Source of the DNA: Carcharhinus amblyrhynchos
Taxonomy: Eukaryota
Length of the DNA: 64,000 bases
Direction: 5' to 3'
Assembly: GCA_965287045.1 (NCBI GenBank)
Contig: OZ336882.1
Span: 60,140,001-60,204,000, forward strand
A program made the translations under genes and the position numbers. Below, piece by piece: positions 22,641 to 34,989 of this stretch; position 1 is the first letter of the stretch; each line of letters opens with the position of its first letter. The notes below the pieces were generated by a model, which saw nothing but the letters and a program-made list of their open reading frames with translations, was not told the origin of the DNA and made no database searches.

Positions 22641-24351
22641 ATATGACAATCATTGAGGAAAGATTTAGTCTTGTTGTAATCATTCAAATAAAAGAATGTT
22701 TATTCAACTGTAAAACACAAAAGAGAAGGAAGAATACAGAACAAAACTACAATTAACAATAATATAAATTACATGCACAATTTACTTGAACGAGCCCCGT
22801 TCCAAATGTATCTACTTTGCTACATTCTGAGAGTATCCCTTTCCAAAAACAGCGTGCCATAAGTTTTAACATTATGAGCCAAATCCAGAAAATAATTAAT
22901 ACACATGAGCTATATCTTCTATTTGGGAAATTCTTCTTCTGGTTCAGCAAAGAATCTCTGGGGTTTAAAATGACTTCTTTCAGCACAGAAGTTTGTTTTC
23001 AGGAGAATTCTGGGCATGGCCGTGATCCTGGTTGCTCATCAGCTATTCTCCTGCAGTATAAGACTAACCCTGCCACTGATATACCATTTATCCCATTTGA
23101 TCTTGTCTTAGGTAACACTAATCTTAGAAGTCATGCTATTAGCATGTAAGTGCGGCATGCATTCTTATTTCTCCATTTGAACTCCTACCCTCTGTATCTT
23201 TAATTCTTGAAATTCTATGCCCTGTTGTTTCTCCACTTCACTTCAGTAAATATTTGTTCCCTATGCTGCTAGGCTAATCTGCATATCAAAAGCCCTCAGT
23301 GCAACTGAACCCTTATCAGTTCCATTTTATCCAGTTCTTTAATTTCCAATCTTATCCAAGTTTCCTGACAAAAGGCACTGTAAATTGTAGATACCTTTCT
23401 TTTATAAAAAGGACTCTTTTTCATATTGTGGGAAAGTAACTGTTTATCTCCTTACGGCTAGATTTCTTTACATGGATTCCTTCACACCAACTTTATTGAT
23501 GTGGCTTCTGTGTTCTGTCCAATGAGACTCTGAGAGGCTCACCTCCCACACAACCAACAGAAGCTGCCAACAATCGAAGGCTAAACTGCTGATGAGCAAC
23601 GTTAATTCCTGCTTCAGAAGAACGTAAAGCAGAATCATCATGGGACAGTCTTGGTGGTGGGAGGGGTGGAATTAGAAATAGCAAAATAAGAAAACACTGG
23701 TGAATTAGTCTTTTACAGCTATGACAGAAGTTATGTTGTTGGACAAGCATCGTACAATAATTTGTTGCAAATTGTAACAAAGGCAATGCAATGATTTTGG
23801 GAAACTAGAATCTTCATCTAGATTAGGACAATAAAATTGGCAAGAGAGGTCTGGGAGACGAGTTTTTAAGGATGTTTCAGTTTCTTGGAGCAATATGTTA
23901 TGGAAATGGCTAGAGATAAAGGAGCAATCTTACCAGAACTTGACAGAGGTTGGTTCCAGTGAGAAAAATGGAGTGAATCGCGCCTATGGCTGTGGCAGAA
24001 TTTCTGACCAACTCTTGAGATTCATTGACAAAAGTTTTAATGGCCATAAGAATAACGCAGCACTCACAATGGCCTCCCTCTGATTCACCCATCACAGCTC
24101 CACTTAATCATGCCAGTCACTGGGGAGTTGCAGATAAACGGCTCCCTAGCACTTGCTGCACAGCGACTGCAGGGGGTGGCAGCCAAAGACAACTTCCTCT
24201 CTTCTGGGTTGGTATTTTATCACCATGGGGCCATGGGCACTGGTGTAAATCATAAGAACATAAGAACATAAGAAATAGGAGCAGGAGTAGGCCATCTCGC
24301 TCTTCGAGCCTGCCCCGCCATTCAATAAGATCATGGCTGATCTGTCGTGGC

Positions 24352-27214
24352 TCTGTTCCACATTCCCGCCCTCTCCACATAACCCTTAATCCCCTCGCTT
24401 ATCAAAAACCCATCAACCCGCGTCTTAAAAATATTTAGCGAGGTAGCCTCCACCACTTCAACGGGCACAGAATTCCAGAGATTCACCACCCTTTGAGTGA
24501 AGAAGTTCCTCCTCAACTCCGTTCTAAACCACCCCCCCTTTATCTTGAGGCTGTGCCCCCTAGTCCTACTGTCCTTTCTGAGCGGGAAGAGTCTCTCCAC
24601 CTCTATCCTATCCATCCCATTCATCATCTTATACGTCTCAATGAGATCTCCCCTCATTCTTCTAAACTCTAACGAGTACAAGCCTAGTTTATTCAACCTC
24701 TCCTCATAGCTCAACCCCCTCAACTCCGGTATCAGCCTAGTAAACCTCCTCTGCACTCCCTCCAAGGCCAAAATATCCTTGCGTAAGTACGGGCGCCCAA
24801 AACTGCACACAGTACTCCAGCTGCGGCCTCACCAATGCCCTATACAGCCGCAGCAAGACCTCCCTACTTTTATATTCAATCCCCCTCGCTGTGAAGGCCA
24901 GCATCCCATTCGCTTTCCTGACCACCTGCTGCACCTGCAGGCTGGGTTTTTGCGACTCATGCACAAGGACCCCGAGGTCCCTCTGCACCGTCGCCTGCTG
25001 CAGTTTTTCGCCACGTAAGTAATAATCCTTCCTACCATTATTCCTACCAAAGTGGACCACCTCTCACTTGCCAACTTTAAATTCCATTTGCCATTTCCTG
25101 GCCCATTCACCCAGCCTATCTAGATCCTTCTGCAGACTCTCCACACCCTCCGCACAATTTGCCTTTCCTCCAATCTTGGTGTCATCAGCAAATTTCGACA
25201 CCCTACACTCGGTTCCCTCCTCCAGATCATCTATATAAATGGTAAAAAGCTGAGGCCCCAGCACCGACCCCTGAGGCACTCCACTAGTCACCATCTGCCA
25301 ATCCGAATAGCACCCATTGACCCCCACTCTCTGCCTCCTATTTGACAACCAATCCTCTATCCACGCTAACACCCTACCCCCAAATCCCTGTCCCCTGACC
25401 TTCTGCAATAACCTCCTGTGAGGTACCTTGTCAAACGCCTTCTGAAAATCCAGAAAGACCACATCCACCGGCTCTCCTCTATCCACCACCCTAGACACAT
25501 CCTCATAGAACTCCAGTAAATTTGTCAGACACGACTTCCCTTTAACGAAACCGTGCTGCGTCTGCTCTATCAAGCAATTCCTCTCAAGATGCCTCGCTAT
25601 TTCCTCCTTGATGATGGATTCTAACATTTTACCTACAACAGACGTTAAACTAACCGGCCTATAATTCCCTGCCTTTTGCCTGGCACCCTTCTTAAACAAA
25701 GGCGTAACATTAGCCGTTTTCCAATCTTCCGGCACTTCCCCGGAATCCAGCGACGTCTGGAAAATAACCACTAAGGCATCCACTATCACCTCCGCCATTT
25801 CTTTCAGAACCCTCGGATGCATTCCATCCGGTCCTGGCGACTTGTCCACAATCAGTCCCTCCAGTCTGTCGAGCACCTCCTCTCTAGTAACAGTAATGTC
25901 ATTAAGACCCTCCAGTCCTACCACCTTTCCATCTCTAACACCCGGCAAATTATTCACGTCCTCCTCCGTGAAGACAGAAACAAAAAAGTTATTCAGGACC
26001 TCAGCCATATCCCCATCCCCTACCACTAAGTCCCCCTTCTCATCCTCTAAGGGACCAACGTTCACCCTAGCCAGCCTCTTCCTTTTTATATATTTATAAA
26101 AACTCTTGCTATCCTTTTTTATATTAAGCGCAAGCCCAGCTTCATAGTTTCTCCTACCCTTCTTTATCATCTTCTTTGTCAATCTTTGTTGACATTTAAA
26201 CCTCTCCCAATCCTCTTCTCGCCCACTACTCTTAGCTACTCTAAACGCCTCCGCTTTTAATTTAACACTTTCCTTCGCCTCCTTCGTTATCCACGGCTTA
26301 TTACCTCTCCTCCTACGATCCTTTTTGACCATCGGAATAAATTTCTGCTGAGCACCAAGAAAGATCTCCTTAAAGATCCTCCACTGCTCCTCAGCAGACC
26401 TACCTTCCAACGCGCTCCCCCAGTCCACATTCGCCAATTCTTCTCTCATCCTACCGTACTCCCCTCTGTTCAAACAAAGGACGCGCGTCCGGGAACCCAC
26501 TTTCTCCTCCTCCATCTGCATCAGAAACTCCACCATACAATGATCACTCTCCCCAAGAGGTTCCTTCACCGCAAGGTCCCTAATTCTACCCACCTCATTA
26601 CATAACACCAGATCCAAGATAGCTCGCTCCCTCGTCGGCTCCAACGCACACTGTTCCAGGAAACTATCCCGGCAGCATTCCAAGAATTCCTCCTCGAGCC
26701 CACTGCGTCCAACATGGGTCGGCCAATCTATATGTAGATTGAAATCCCCCATAACTACGGCCGTCCCATTCCTGCACGCTGCACTTATTTGCGCGTTAAC
26801 AGCCCGCCCCACCTCCAGACCATTATTTGGGGGCCTATAGACGACACCCACCAGCGTCTTCCTCCCTTTGCTGTTCCTAATCTCCACCCACAACGATTCC
26901 ACTTTCTGCTCCTTGGCTCCAATATCATCCCTTGCTACCACCCTGATGCTATCCTTAATCAGCAGAGCTACACCCCCTGCTTTTTCCTCCCGCCTATCCT
27001 TCCTAAACACTTGATATCCCTGGACATTCAGCTCCCAGTCCCTGTCACCTTGCAGCCACGTCTCTGTAATGGCCACCAGATCATATCCATTTGTGCTGAT
27101 CTGCACCACCAGCTCATCCACTTTATTCCGAATGCTTCGTGCATTCAGGTAAAGTGCCTTCATTCCAGCCTTCATCTGGACCCTATTTGCCGTAACGCCA
27201 CCAACCATACTCAC
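24352..27214 (-). pseudogene. CR1 ORF2: APE endonuclease plus reverse transcriptase, inactivated
   Basis: EN motifs YLNARS, ITETWL, GDFN, SDH; RT motifs [37 protein letters not shown]; in-frame TGA at 25064-25066; +1 frameshift ~24791; terminal TGA (seen in the 36 kb copy) is AGA at 24352-24354. Confidence 0.95.
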
Positions 27215-27327
27215 GCCCCCTACTCCCTCTATTATTGGGACATCCTCGGCCTCTTCCCTTACCTGTACCCTCTCCTCAACTTTAGACCCCGTAATATCAC
27301 CTACCCTTGCACCCTCCCCCCCCCCAA

Positions 27328-28322
27328 TTAGTTTAAAGCCCTGTCTACAGTCCTCTTTACTCTATTCGCCAGCACTCTGGTCCCAGCACGGTTCAGACCA
27401 ACCCCATCCCGTCCGAACAGGTCCCACCTACCCCAATACTGATGCCAATGCCCCATAAATTCAAACCCATTCCTCCCACACCAATCCCTGAGCCACCCAT
27501 TCACTTCCTTAATCCAATCTACCCTACGCCCGTCTGCACTCGGTTCAGGCAGTAGCCCAGAGATAACTACCTTGTCGGTTCTACTCTTTAATTCCATTCC
27601 CAGCTTCTCATACTCCCTCCCCAGATCCTCAGTTCGCATTTTGCCTACGTCGTTGGCACCCACATGTACCACAACAACCGGATTTGCACCCTCCCACTCC
27701 AGGTTCCTCTGCAGCCCAGATGCGACATCCCGGACCCGAGCACCAGGCAGACAACACACCCTTCTGTGCACTTTGTCGTTGTGACAAAGGACAATGTCAA
27801 TACCCTTCACCCCACTATCCCCATTCACTAATATGTTCCTTTTCACCTTCTCCTTGCCTAGTCCTGCTGCATCACTGTACCGTGTGCAGTTTGCTCACCA
27901 ACCTCACCTCCCTCGTCCTCGTCCACACTGGAAGCAAGAGCCTCAAACCTGTTATGCAGATTGAGAGGCTGAGGCCTCCGCTCCCCACCCTCCTTCCTCC
28001 GCTCCCCACCATCCTTCCTCCTCTCCCCACCCCCCTTCCTCCTCTCCCCACCCCCCTTCCTCCTCTCAGCAGCCCCCTCTTGTTGCTGACCCTTAGAGTT
28101 AGCCAGTTTAGGGGGGGTGGATGTCACTTGCACCCCATTATCTATGGCACCCTCTCTCCCCCTGATGAGCCTCAGTGTCTGTAGCTCAGAGGCCAGCTCA
28201 TTTACCCTGAGCTGGAGCTCCTCCAGCAACCTGCACTTACTGCAGACATGGTCACTGGGAAGGACCCTGGAGTCCACCAGTTCCCACATCATACAGAAAC
28301 AACACATCACATGCCCCTCCAT
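27328..28322 (-). pseudogene. CR1 ORF1: zinc finger/leucine zipper plus SGNH esterase domain, one frameshift
   Basis: CCFC..W..HVCSKC, heptad LEELQLRVNELASELQTL, PLNLHNRFEAL; esterase blocks GDS, PGA, HVGAND, DGVG; frame change near 27860. Confidence 0.9.
27975..28080 (-). repeat. 21-bp coding tandem repeat (GGERRKx) in ORF1
   Basis: AAERRKG-GGERRKG-GGERRKD-GGERRKE-GGERRP. Confidence 0.85.
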
Positions 28323-28699
28323 TATTCACTGTAGTAGTATTGAAAATTTCAACACGAACTTACCTGGCCCTTTTTCTCTCCAGCCCTTTTGATATTAAGC
28401 CCCAATAGCTCACTCTGCTTCCCTCTCACTCCGCTGCCCGCTCCGACACTGCCCGCTGTCTACACCAGGCGTCTTTTTAAACCTGGCGCTGATTTAAAGC
28501 TTGCTGGCCCACAACTCCCTTTTAACCACTCCCTCAGAATTCTTAAAGAGGTAAATACAAAAAGCCTGCAAAAATGCTTTTAAATGATTTAAACAGTTCT
28601 ACAAGGAACAAAGTGCTTTAAACTTATTTAAACAGGTTTTTAACAGGTAAATTCTTATCTCTCTCTCTGCTCCTTCACTCCTCTGCTCCAGCAAACAAT

Positions 28700-28931
28700 G
28701 TAAACACAGTAAAAAGTCTGACAACACCAGGTTTTAGTCCAACCTATTTATTTGATAATATACTCGCAAGCTTTCGGGTTAGCCCCTTCGTCAGGTGAAA
28801 GGGGCTAACCCGAAAGCTTGCGAGTATATTATCAAATAAATAGGTTGGACTAAAACCTGGTGTTGTCAGACTTTTTACTGTGTTTACGCCAGTCCAACGC
28901 CGGCATACCCACATCATGACTACTACCGACA
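28700..28931. mobile_element. Young Penelope-like fold-back insertion
   Basis: Perfect 89-bp inverted repeat (28700-28788 / 28799-28887), 10-nt loop, 44-nt unpaired 3' extension; 12-bp TSD ccagcaaacaat (28688-28699 / 28932-28943). Confidence 0.88.
28763..28797 (-). ncRNA. Minimal type I hammerhead ribozyme motif
   Basis: cac-CUGACGA-A-GGG(gcuaa)CCC-GAAA-GC-UU-gcgag, identical to 2816-2850. Confidence 0.7.
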
Positions 28932-28988
28932 CCAGCAAACAATCCCAGACTGCTCTTGATCACTTACATCGTTTGGGCATTGGCAGAA

Positions 28989-29481
28989 CAGCACGGCGGC
29001 ACAATGGTTAGCACTGCGGCTTCACAACGCCAGGGCCTTGGTTTAATTTTAGCCTCGGGTCACTGTCTGTGTGGAGTCTGCACGTTCTCTCCATGTTTGC
29101 ATCAGTATCCTCCGGGTACTCCGGTTTCCTCCCACAATCCAAAGATGTGCAGGTTAGATTGATTGGATATGTTAAATTAGCCCTAGTGTCAGGGGGATTG
29201 GCAGGATAAACGTGAGGGGTTACGGGAATAGGGCCTGGATGAGGTTGTGGTCTGTGCAGACATGAAGGACCAAATGGCCTCCTTCTGCAGACTAGGGGTT
29301 CTATGATTGTGAAGATGTGCAAGCCAGGTTGGCGGGCCATGTTAAATTGTCCCTTAATGTCAAGAGTATTAGCAGGGTAATACGTGGGGTTATGGGAATA
29401 GTACCTGTGTGGGATTGTTGTCAGTGCAAGCTCGATAGGCCAAATGGCCTCCTTCTGCTCCATAGGGATTCTATGATTCTC
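28989..29481 (+). mobile_element. HE1-like SINE followed in tandem by a second 3' half (29312-29481)
   Basis: Full copy ends ctatgatt at 29308; aagatgtgc..ttctatgattct then repeats. Confidence 0.85.
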
Positions 29482-30263
29482 CAACCTAACAGTTAGTTAC
29501 CTTATAACTCCTGCTGCTTTCAGTAGCGGTGTGTGGCACAAATTGTATTCCATACAATTTATTAAAATACTGTAATAAATACTTAGAGCAAAAAGAAATT
29601 AATCAACCTTGGAAATCTCCTTAATTCCTTTGGATAGGTCAACTGCATGGTCTGTCGAATAGCAATAAAATTAATAATTTAAAGAGGCCCTTATTAGTTC
29701 TCAAACATTTTAAGTATTCTATCATAAAATCCTTCATCCAAGATGACACCTCTTTCACCCCAGAAATAGTTTGTTCATACATAATGGAGGTTTTTAGAAA
29801 AAAAAACCTCACCCCTGCCATAAATTGGGAATTACATTATTAATCTCTTATTCTCTGAAGGGATTGTATGCTAAATGTCTCATCTTCCTTTCAAAATAAA
29901 TTTTGTGCTTCTCTGGATCAAGATTTATTCATTCTGAAGAATTAAAACATCTTCCATCTCAGACAGCTGTGTAGGCATCGAACACTCCAAATAATGAAAC
30001 ATTTTGAACTACTTTAATATTTTAAACCATTAAATATTTCATGATCTAATCGTCTCCCAAAGCACTCCACGGCCAATGCATGACTTTTTTTGAAGTGTAG
30101 TCCCTATCTGATAAAGTTTCTTCTCCACTGCCCCAGCTAGTTCTGAATCTTGAAAGATCTCCTTTTCTTGCGCTAGTGTGATATTTTTCAGTGGACCCCT
30201 CCAGCCATCCTACGTCCGTTGCACCCAAACTTAACACCAGCAGAACTTGTTCAGGTTTAAGAG

Positions 30264-31050
30264 TGTAATAAATCGTGGGCGACTGAATGTGGCTCAAAGT
30301 AACAAAGGCTTTATTTCCAATGATAAATGAATAATTCCAATAAAAGAATCGGACAGAATAACTGTGTGACTGTATAGCGTTCCTCGCTGACTCCTTCTGA
30401 GGATCCTCCCTGACCCGGGTATGCATTCTTCCACCTGACTGGCTCAGCCTCCTGTCCTGACAATTCATAAGGTCTGGCATGGTCATGTAGCCCTTGGATC
30501 TCCCTCTCAAAGGGGCTTCTGCTACCACATTCTTTCCCTGCTGCCCGCCCCCACACCTCCACCCCCCCCAACTCCTGAATTCATCTCTATAAGAAAAGAA
30601 AATCATTAACATAGGCAACTAATTGCTAAAAGCATCAGGAAAATCATAGGGAAACTCACCGTAGGTTTAGTAGATCCAGAGACTTCCGAATCTTGGTAGA
30701 ACGTCTCTGTGCTAGATATTTCTGGGAATGAAGAATCAGGTTGGACAGATGCAAAAGACAAGCTTACCAATCCAGGATCAAGGTGCTCCTCAGTGGCTGC
30801 TGTCTCCACTGCTGGCTGTTCCTGTTCCACATTTCCAACTGGGATTCCTGTAACCAATCCTTGTGAATCCAAATTAACTGCCAGGGGTCATCTGTTGATC
30901 CCTTGTATCAGGCACTGCTTTATTCCTCAGACGGTCTACATATTTCTTGATATGACATCCTCGTGTTTCGTGATACAGGAGACTGGTCCTGTTCTTTCCA
31001 CAATCTTTCTAGCCACCCATGTCGGTCTTGCTGCAAGTTGCTGACCGTGC
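30264..31050 (-). mobile_element. Gypsy retrotransposon 3' end: integrase C-terminus, polypurine tract and 3' LTR
   Basis: PTWVARKIVERTGPVS..KKYVDRLR (GPY/F-type motif); purine tract then TGT at ~30529-30555; AATAAA; LTR ends ttattACA at 30264. Confidence 0.7.
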
Positions 31051-31052
31051 CT

Positions 31053-32430
31053 AAGATTCTCCTATCCCAACTGCTAATTTTTTGGCAGGCCAGGCCGGGA
31101 GAATCACACGTGCCTTGGTTTGTGCATGTGGTCCCGATGCATGTGCATCTCCCAGCAGCGGATATCTGGTGCAGTCAGGGCCACACTGGAAACCAGCAGG
31201 TAAGTCATTTAAATCAATTTTTAATGTTATTTGAATGCGATTATTGGGCCCGGGACTGAATTCTCCAGGCCTGGTAGCATCTCTCACTCGCCAGTACAAT
31301 TTCACTCCAGCGCTGTTTAGAGTAGTTCCTCACTTTTGGGGAACTAGCGGAAGACCCTGTTGGGATGAAGGGAGTGCAATTGGGGCTCCCCAGGGGGTTG
31401 GGTAGTGGGGGTGGTGGTGCCGCCTGAGCATGGGAACCCAGGCAATGCCAGCCTATGCCCCCGGCAGTGCCCAGGGGGCAAAGTACCCATGTCCGGGGGG
31501 AGACTTTGACACTGCCCACTGTGTGTGGGGCAATGCCAAGGGGATGGGGGCCTAGGGGGTGGTGTCAAGGTGGCAGGACCTAGGGGGCAGGGCTTAAGGG
31601 TGATTTGGTGGGGAGGGGGGCCCCCACTGCCACTCTGCATTGGGATCCAGTTGGGACTGTGGTGAGGAGTGGCGGGGGGGGGGGGTGGCGGGGTCTGACA
31701 GAGGGTCTGCCTCCCATGGGGATGCGTCTATCAGATGGATGGGAGGTCTGCCTCTGGTGGGGGGGGGGGGGGGGGGGGTGTGGGGGGGGGTTGGGATCTG
31801 CCTCCAGTGAGGGGGCTAGGGAGGTTGGAATCATCACTGCTGGGGGTGATTGCTGGAGATTGCGGAGCTCCTAGAAAGGTGGGTTGGGGCTGGCCTGCGA
31901 ATGCTTGTGGGGGCTGTGATCAGGCTGTGGAGAGGGGATGTGGAGAAGAGCACTGTGGGCATCCTGGACTGGCCAGCAATCGAGCTAGCCAACAAACCAG
32001 AAGCTGACAGATCAGGACCACTGTGCATGTGCAGAGGCCCAGAATGGTCAGGCTTTGGTGTGAATAGGCCCTGCCCACTGAGCTTTTAAGGAGATTCACA
32101 ATTGTGATCTCTGCATTGCACAGAATGAGGAAGATTCGACTCTAAACTCCCACACGTTCGGGGGAGCCAGCAATCGGGCCATGGAGGATGTCATGCAGCC
32201 AGTGATGAGAGATCACGGGGCTGGCTAATGAGCAGGTGGCCAGCGATTGGGAGGCCGGCAGAGTGGGGCTACTGCACATGTGCCGATTTCAGTAGTGACA
32301 GATTGGCGCATGTGCAGTGGCCCGCTCAGCACTATGCTGCCGGCTTCTCCGGCAGGAATAGGCCCCACCCCCAGATTTTCAATGTGACTCATGCTAGTGC
32401 AATCTGCAGAGTGTGGGAGATATCACTGTG
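31053..32430 (-). mobile_element. GC-rich non-autonomous TIR element(s), Harbinger-like
   Basis: Homologous in reverse to 49133-50190; terminal attctcc motif as in the 7617 element; poly-G tracts. Confidence 0.6.
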
Positions 32431-32469
32431 TCTCTTTCCGTCCAATCCTTATATGTGGATAGAGCCGTG

Positions 32470-33030
32470 AAGAATGTTTATAGAGTGTTAGCGTTTATTA
32501 ATGGGGGTTGAGTTTAAGGGCTGTGGGTTTATGCTGCAACAGGACCTTGGTGAGACCGTATTTGGAATATTGCGTGCAATTCTAGTCATCTCACTATAAG
32601 AAGGACGTGAAAGCATTGGAGAGAGTGCAAAAGAGTTTTACGAGGATGCTGTCTGGTTTGGAGGGCAGGTCTTATGAGGAAAAGCTGGGGTTTTTCTCTT
32701 TAGAGCAGAGGAGGATGAGAGGCAGCTTAATAAAACTTTATAAGATGCCGAGGGGGATAGATAAAGTGGACGTTCAGAGACTATTTCCTCGGGTGGTTGT
32801 AGTTATTACTAGGGGCATAACTATAAAGTTCATGTGGGAGATATTGGTGGGATGTCCGTGGTAGGTTCTTTACTCAGAGAGTGGTTGGGGTGTGGAATAC
32901 ACTGCCTGCTGTGATAGTGCAGTCGGATACTTTAGGAACTTTCAAGCGGTTATTGGATAGGCACATGCAGCACACCAGAATAGGGAGTGGGACTGCTTGA
33001 TCTTGGGTTTGGACGTAACTCAGCACAACA
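32470..33030 (+). mobile_element. CR1 3' fragment
   Basis: ALERVQKSFTRMLSGLEGRSYEE..LEQRRMRG. Confidence 0.85.
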
Positions 33031-34115
33031 TGCTAACTGCATCCACATTTGATGTGTGTTCCTGGGCAATGCTGAAAGATATAACTATTTGTTACTAACA
33101 ACAGAGCCCACCTGTGTCCCCTTGCAGAGGCAATTGGTGGCATTGGCTTATCTTTTCTAAATAAGCCCTGCAACAGCTCGTGATCTGAAACTATTGTGAA
33201 ATGCTGTTCCTAAATGTACTGATGAAACTTTTTGACTGCATATATCACCACCAAGCTTTCTTTATCTACCTGGGAATATGATTTTCCGCATCTGACAACA
33301 TTCTCTATGCAAAGGCAGTTGGTCTCTCTACTCCTTCTATGGGATAAAACTGATCATGGGCTTCACTGAAGTCATTACAGATTCAGTTTCTTGACCACAC
33401 TCGGTTTGCTCTCTCATTCTCTATCAATAGTTCAACAAACAATCCAATGGCTAAAATGGCAAATGCAGGTGTGGGTAAATCTGGTGAGGCTGCTGCTGGT
33501 GTGGTAAATCTGGTTCTGCCTCTCTTCCTGTCAAACAGTCCTGCCTCCCTTCCTAGTGACTGCACCCCCTAGGGACAAGATAGGGATCCTTTTCTTGGTC
33601 CCATCATTGGTTTCCCACCCCTGTCTCTGTTTCAAGAGCCACTTGTTTGAATAACTCTCTTTTCAGGAAGAGAAAAGCTTCTTGCCAACCAATATCATCA
33701 AACACATATTGTGTTCAAGAGAGGTGTTATACTTGTCTCAGTTCACTGCAATGTAAAAGGTAATTTAATGATCTTTATTGCGAACTCAGTTTTATATCCT
33801 TGATACATTCCCAAAGTTGTCTCTTATATTGTGGCAATAGTGATGTTCCATAACACTCACTGCCAAATTAAAATACATTAGCTAATATTCTCTTCTGCAC
33901 AATGTAACTTTTGAGTTTAAGTCTGGCAAATTATCAAATTGAGAGACAAGATTGCAGCATGTTGATGAATCATCGTGGGTATTAATTTATTGTATGTGCA
34001 CTACCCTTAGGCCAGTAACTAAATAAAATCAAATTAAAAATAACAAATCATTGTCACTCGCTATCCAAAAAACAAAAGAATATTGTTGTTAACTATGCAA
34101 AGAAGGCATCCACGA

Positions 34116-34128
34116 GTTGCTTAGCAAC
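34116..34128. promoter_or_regulatory. RFX X-box-like palindrome GTTGCTTAGCAAC
   Basis: Inverted half-sites in non-repetitive AT-rich DNA. Confidence 0.3.
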
Positions 34129-34989
34129 AGTCAATGGCGATCTCCATGCATTTAATTTTCGTATGTGATGTATGAACAATAAAAGTTCATTAATTTAAAA
34201 ATAGTACCAATCCCACTGCCATTATACTAAATTCAATTAAGTTCACGACTTCTGTCAAGCCATTCCTTAATTAATCAAAATAACACACACCATCTATGTG
34301 TCATTACCACACCATTCCAGTTACACCTAGTTATTTTACTGTCTCTTAGACATGGCCTTATGAGCCATTTTCACCCTTTAAACCATCTCTTCACCCAATA
34401 TGCAGAACTGAGCATCACAAGCTCTCCTTGCAACTCTAATAACCGTCAAACACAAGAACATCTGTGGCGGAGCTAAACTTTATGAACATCTCAGGTTTTG
34501 CTATTACTTGTAATACCAAATCTGCTTTCCCTTTAATAAAAATTGTTGGAAACATTTAACTTACATGTGGAGAGAACTGATTTGTTGCCATTCCAGCTGA
34601 ACACAGCCTCTCTTTCAGTTCCTTATGGTATAGTATCATACACTGCAATGTGAACAGATTTGATTCTAACATATGGCCTACAAGCAGCTGAATTGTACCA
34701 ATGGATGCAAATACTGTCATCAGTGTCCTGGACAAGAATGGTGGCCATGTATGTTGCTGCTCTGGCACTGTGGTGACCACGCTAAAGTCATCAGAGGTGA
34801 AATTAGATTTCAATAAGAGAGTCTAAGCTCCATGATACCAATACCAATGTAGACGATATCACATTTCAACAAGAGGGTCTAGGCTCTATGATACCAATAG
34901 CACCATCTAATCCAGCTTGTGCTGTTGCTGACAGGTTCAAAATAAGTTACTGTATGGTCAATAGAAATAATTTGCCCATAATGTACATG

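Larger units (their letters stand above)
24251..28955 (-). mobile_element. Near full-length young CR1 LINE (5' UTR, ORF1, ORF2, 3' UTR, (TTCTTATG)n tail)
   Basis: Both ORFs recognisable; tail cataagaacataagaacataagaa at 24251-24274; many CpGs retained; 5' end split by the Penelope-like insertion; no TSD found. Confidence 0.95.

Noticed and set aside
25064-25066. TGA at a position where Cys is expected in ORF2, as possible selenocysteine or readthrough
   Set aside because: Other lesions exist in the same copy and no SECIS is evident; a point mutation is simpler
30606-30872. Acidic ORF with a GTGAGT donor as a host exon
   Set aside because: Lies between Gypsy integrase motifs and the PPT/LTR, so it is retroelement sequence
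33383-33565. RKRGRTRFTT resembling a homeodomain N-terminal arm
   Set aside because: No helix 3 WFxNRR motif in the frames examined; the segment contains a short local duplication (ccagatttacc twice)
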